Source: an uncultured Desulfatitalea sp. (GTDB taxonomy: Bacteria; Desulfobacterota; Desulfobacteria; Desulfobacterales; Desulfosarcinaceae). Taken from it: a stretch of DNA of 64,000 bases. This document shows, one piece after another, positions 61,035 to 64,000 of this stretch. The position numbers and the translations under genes are program-made. The notes under the pieces were generated by a model. That model ran no database searches. It saw only the letters and a program-made list of their open reading frames with translations, and had not been told where the DNA came from. Each line of letters opens with the position of its first letter. The first letter of the stretch is position 1. The stretch spans positions 2,240,001-2,304,000 of the forward strand of contig CAXXMB010000002.1 in NCBI GenBank assembly GCA_963668675.2. Direction: 5' to 3'.

Positions 61035-62012
61035 ATGAATCCATCCACGAATAAAATCATGCCCCTTACAGCGGCCATCCAACGTTTTGTGAGCGACGGC
61101 TGTCATTTATCGGTTGGCGGCTTCACCATCAACCGCAATCCCATGGCAGCCGTGTATGAAATGATTCGCCAACGCAGACGAGGCCTGCATCTTTATGCCC
61201 ACTCCAACGGCCAGGCGGTGGACGAACTGATTGGCGCGGGTTGTGTGGTGCGGCTGGAGATCGCCTATGGTGGATCGGGTCTCTTTGCACCCACCTGTGT
61301 TCGCTTTCGCCGGGCGGTGGAGACTGGCATGCTGGTGGTCGAAGACTACACCAATTATCAGATGACCATGCGGTTTGCTGCCGGCGCAATGGGTGTGCCC
61401 TTCCTGCCGGTGCGCTCGGGTCTGGGCACCGACATCGTCAACCGGTGGGGATTTGGTGAGCAGATGCGCAGAAGCGATCCCAAGCTGCCCGATCAGAAGT
61501 TGATGGTGATGGACAACCCCTTCGGAAGGTGGAGCGGGACCGACAAGGTGGTGCTGGTGCCGGCCATCACCCCTGATGTCACCATCCTCCACGTACAGGC
61601 AGCCGATCGCGCCGGTACTGTGAGCATTCAGGGTCTGCCCTTTGCCGACGTGGAGCAGGCCAAGGCGGCAAGGTGCGTCATCGTGACTTGCGAAACCATA
61701 GTGGAGGAAAGCGCTCTGCGGCAGAACCCGGGAGCCAACCAGATTCCCTTCTTCTGCGTGGATGCGGTGGTGCCGGTGCCCATGGGGGCCTATCCGACGG
61801 CCTGCTACCACTACTACGATTACGATCCGGTGTTTCTGAAGAACTATCGCCGCTGGGCCGAGGATGATGGCCGTTATCAAGACTACCTTCAGCGGTCGGT
61901 ATACGGCACGAAAGACCATGCTGAATTTCTCAAACAACAGGCGCCGGAAGTCCTGGAAAAGATTAAAGCCGATCGGCGCACAGGGTATGCGGTGGGGCTC
62001 GATAGAAGATGA
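61035..62012 (+). CDS. gctA: family I CoA-transferase subunit A (glutaconate CoA-transferase-like)
   Basis: GGFTINRNPMA, AGAMGVPFLP, VPMGAYPTAC. Confidence 0.8.
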   Translation: MNPSTNKIMPLTAAIQRFVSDGCHLSVGGFTINRNPMAAVYEMIRQRRRGLHLYAHSNGQAVDELIGAGCVVRLEIAYGGSGLFAPTCVRFRRAVETGMLVVEDYTNYQMTMRFAAGAMGVPFLPVRSGLGTDIVNRWGFGEQMRRSDPKLPDQKLMVMDNPFGRWSGTDKVVLVPAITPDVTILHVQAADRAGTVSIQGLPFADVEQAKAARCVIVTCETIVEESALRQNPGANQIPFFCVDAVVPVPMGAYPTACYHYYDYDPVFLKNYRRWAEDDGRYQDYLQRSVYGTKDHAEFLKQQAPEVLEKIKADRRTGYAVGLDRR

Positions 62013-62779
62013 CGCGATATACATCACGTGAAATGATGGCAGTGGCTGCGGCCCGGGAGATCCGGGACGGAGAGATTGTCTTTTGCGGAACTGGCATTTC
62101 CATGTTGGCGGCGATGGCGGCAAAGCGCATTAGCGCGCCCAACAGCGTTATTTTCTTCGAGACAGGTGCCGTGGATGCTTCACTGGAAGAGATTCCCATG
62201 GCGGTTGGGGATTCACGGGTGATGCTCGGCGCAGCGCTGCACGGCAGCCTGGCCGATGCGTTCGCCTTTATGCAGAACCGAACCACCGGGCGCCGGGTGG
62301 TGGGCATCCTCGGTGCGGCCCAGATTGATCCATACGGCAACCTCAACTCCACGGCCATCGGAGATTACCACCACCCCAAAGTGCGTTTTTCCGGTAGCGG
62401 CGGTGCCTGCGATGTGGGTTCGTTTGTCTCCCGAAGCATTATTTTTATGCAGCATGCCCGCCGGAAATTTGTTTCCCGGCTCGACTACCTCACCTGCCCT
62501 GGTTGGTTGGATGGACCTGATGGGCGCCAAAAGGCCGGTTTGCCGGGTGGTGGGCCTGCCGCAGTGATCACCGATCTGGCCATAATGCGCTTCGATGAGG
62601 AGACGCGTCGCATGTACCTGGCCGGCATCTACCCCGGCGTCGATACGGATAGGATCCTGGACAACATGGGGTTTGAAGTGGATATGAGCCGCGTGGAGAC
62701 GGTACCGCCGCCGTCACCAGAGGAGTTGGTCATTCTGAGAGAGCGATGCGATCCCCAGAGATTGATACTAGGGAATTGA
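62009..62779 (+). CDS. gctB: family I CoA-transferase subunit B
   Basis: FETG catalytic Glu, GAAQIDPYGNLN, GSGG, VITDLA. Confidence 0.8.
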   Translation: MTRYTSREMMAVAAAREIRDGEIVFCGTGISMLAAMAAKRISAPNSVIFFETGAVDASLEEIPMAVGDSRVMLGAALHGSLADAFAFMQNRTTGRRVVGILGAAQIDPYGNLNSTAIGDYHHPKVRFSGSGGACDVGSFVSRSIIFMQHARRKFVSRLDYLTCPGWLDGPDGRQKAGLPGGGPAAVITDLAIMRFDEETRRMYLAGIYPGVDTDRILDNMGFEVDMSRVETVPPPSPEELVILRERCDPQRLILGN

Positions 62780-63172
62780 TTTTTTTAATGTTTCAAGGCG
62801 GCTGTCATCGAACAAAAGAAAAGATCGCAGCAGGTTCCAATTTTTCTTGTAGACTATCTGCAACTCGAATATGGTCGCCTTTCATCACGGCTTGCCGAAA
62901 ATGGAGCTGAAACACAGCTCTCATCAATATCGAAACAATCCATTATCAATCATTAGACAGACTGGCTTATAAAGGCCATTGACAACCAGGCGACAGGGAA
63001 AATCCATTACCGAAATTGAGCCGTTCGGACGGGCCATCAATAGTGCGCTTATGTTTCGTAGCTGGTTTCCTATGCCATTTTTGGGGACCAAAAAAGGTGG
63101 TCATAAAATGGCGGGGCTGAAAACATGTCGGTCGGGAATGAACCGCTATAACTTTTACTGTCAGGAGGCAAA

Positions 63173-63667
63173 ATGAAGGAATTTAAAAGAATATTGGCTG
63201 CCTGTGATCTTTCCGAATATACGGATGTCGTGTTGGATACAGCTGTCGGCCTTGCGGTTGCGAGCGGGGCTGATTTGTATCTGATCAATGTCATCAACCA
63301 GCGGGACATCGATTCCATGCGGGCAGCGCTTGGGAAGATCACGCAAGGCTATGAAGACTTTCCCGTCTCTATCTCCCAATACCGGGTGGACATGGAAGGC
63401 GAGCGGCTTCAATCGTTGCGCGAGGCGTCAAAAAGAGCGGCCGGATCCAAGTGCAAGTGCGACTACGTCGTTAAGGTGGGCGTTCCCTTTCAACAAATTT
63501 TGGAAACCATCGGCGAGTATGGGGTCGACCTTCTGGTGATGGGGACCAAGGGGCGCTCGAATCTGAGCGACGTGTTGCTTGGATCGACGGCCGAAAAGCT
63601 GTTTCGTCGTTGCCCGGTTCCGTTGCTCAGTGTGAGGCTTGGTGATCAGCAGAGAACCGTGGCTTAA
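63173..63667 (+). CDS. universal stress protein
   Basis: [32 protein letters not shown]. Confidence 0.92.
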   Translation: MKEFKRILAACDLSEYTDVVLDTAVGLAVASGADLYLINVINQRDIDSMRAALGKITQGYEDFPVSISQYRVDMEGERLQSLREASKRAAGSKCKCDYVVKVGVPFQQILETIGEYGVDLLVMGTKGRSNLSDVLLGSTAEKLFRRCPVPLLSVRLGDQQRTVA

Positions 63668-63747
63668 ATTATCCCTCAGGTTGATAGGTTTGCCAGGTGG
63701 ATTGTTGTTGGCTAACATTTTTTAAAGACAGATAAAGGATGTTAAAC

Positions 63748-64000
63748 ATGTCGGAACTTTCCTCGGATACGATATCAGCCAAGGCAGGCATAAAAATGCC
63801 CCCCGATGACCAGCCGTTGTCAAAGGGGCTAAAAAAACCTGCCGCAGGATATGACAAGTATATCAATTGGAAGATTTTTTTCGTACCGGTACTTCTCTTT
63901 TTCGGCCTTTTGTTTCTGCCGACACCTGATGCCATGAAGGATGTGGGCGCCGAATATCAGGTTGGTCCTAAAGCGGTCAAATCCTACATTGTTGCCACTT
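63748..64000 (+). CDS. N-terminus of a membrane transporter (possibly DASS/SLC13 family), runs off the window
   Basis: open frame MSELSS...YDKYINWKIFFVPVLLFFGLLFLPTP...; family assignment tentative. Confidence 0.5.
   Translation, partial: MSELSSDTISAKAGIKMPPDDQPLSKGLKKPAAGYDKYINWKIFFVPVLLFFGLLFLPTPDAMKDVGAEYQVGPKAVKSYIVAT

Overview
GC-rich bacterial chromosomal window whose gene content (HdrA/MvhD/MetVF, sigma-54 regulation, Sec-type UGA read-through, HDOD and hybrid kinases) points to an anaerobic deltaproteobacterium, probably Desulfobacterales-like (inference). Most of it is housekeeping or metabolic: fadH, htpX, an S1-family protein, trxB, rlmI, recQ, a cobalamin-uptake locus with a B12 riboswitch, moaB, pyrR, an hdrA(L)-mvhD-metV-metF operon, a 4-hydroxybutyryl-CoA dehydratase and a CoA-transferase. 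Structure not shown by the ORF track: (1) at 7.95-8.92 kb, an 825-nt group II intron that has lost the middle of its RT ORF sits in a REP-like hairpin, itself inside a MITE-like element with a direct-repeat flank, and its candidate EBS1/EBS2 match the REP; (2) at 41.66-47.34 kb, a decaying integron with about 7 cassettes and attC-like sites, a hollowed-out intI, and a second REP-carrying MITE inside one cassette gene; (3) two in-frame UGA selenoprotein candidates (OsmC-like and MvhD); (4) a tandem pair of dynamin-like GTPases, one with degenerate motifs; (5) several families of palindromic and periodic intergenic repeats. No rRNA, tRNA or CRISPR array was seen. All calls come from reading motifs by eye; no database searches were run.
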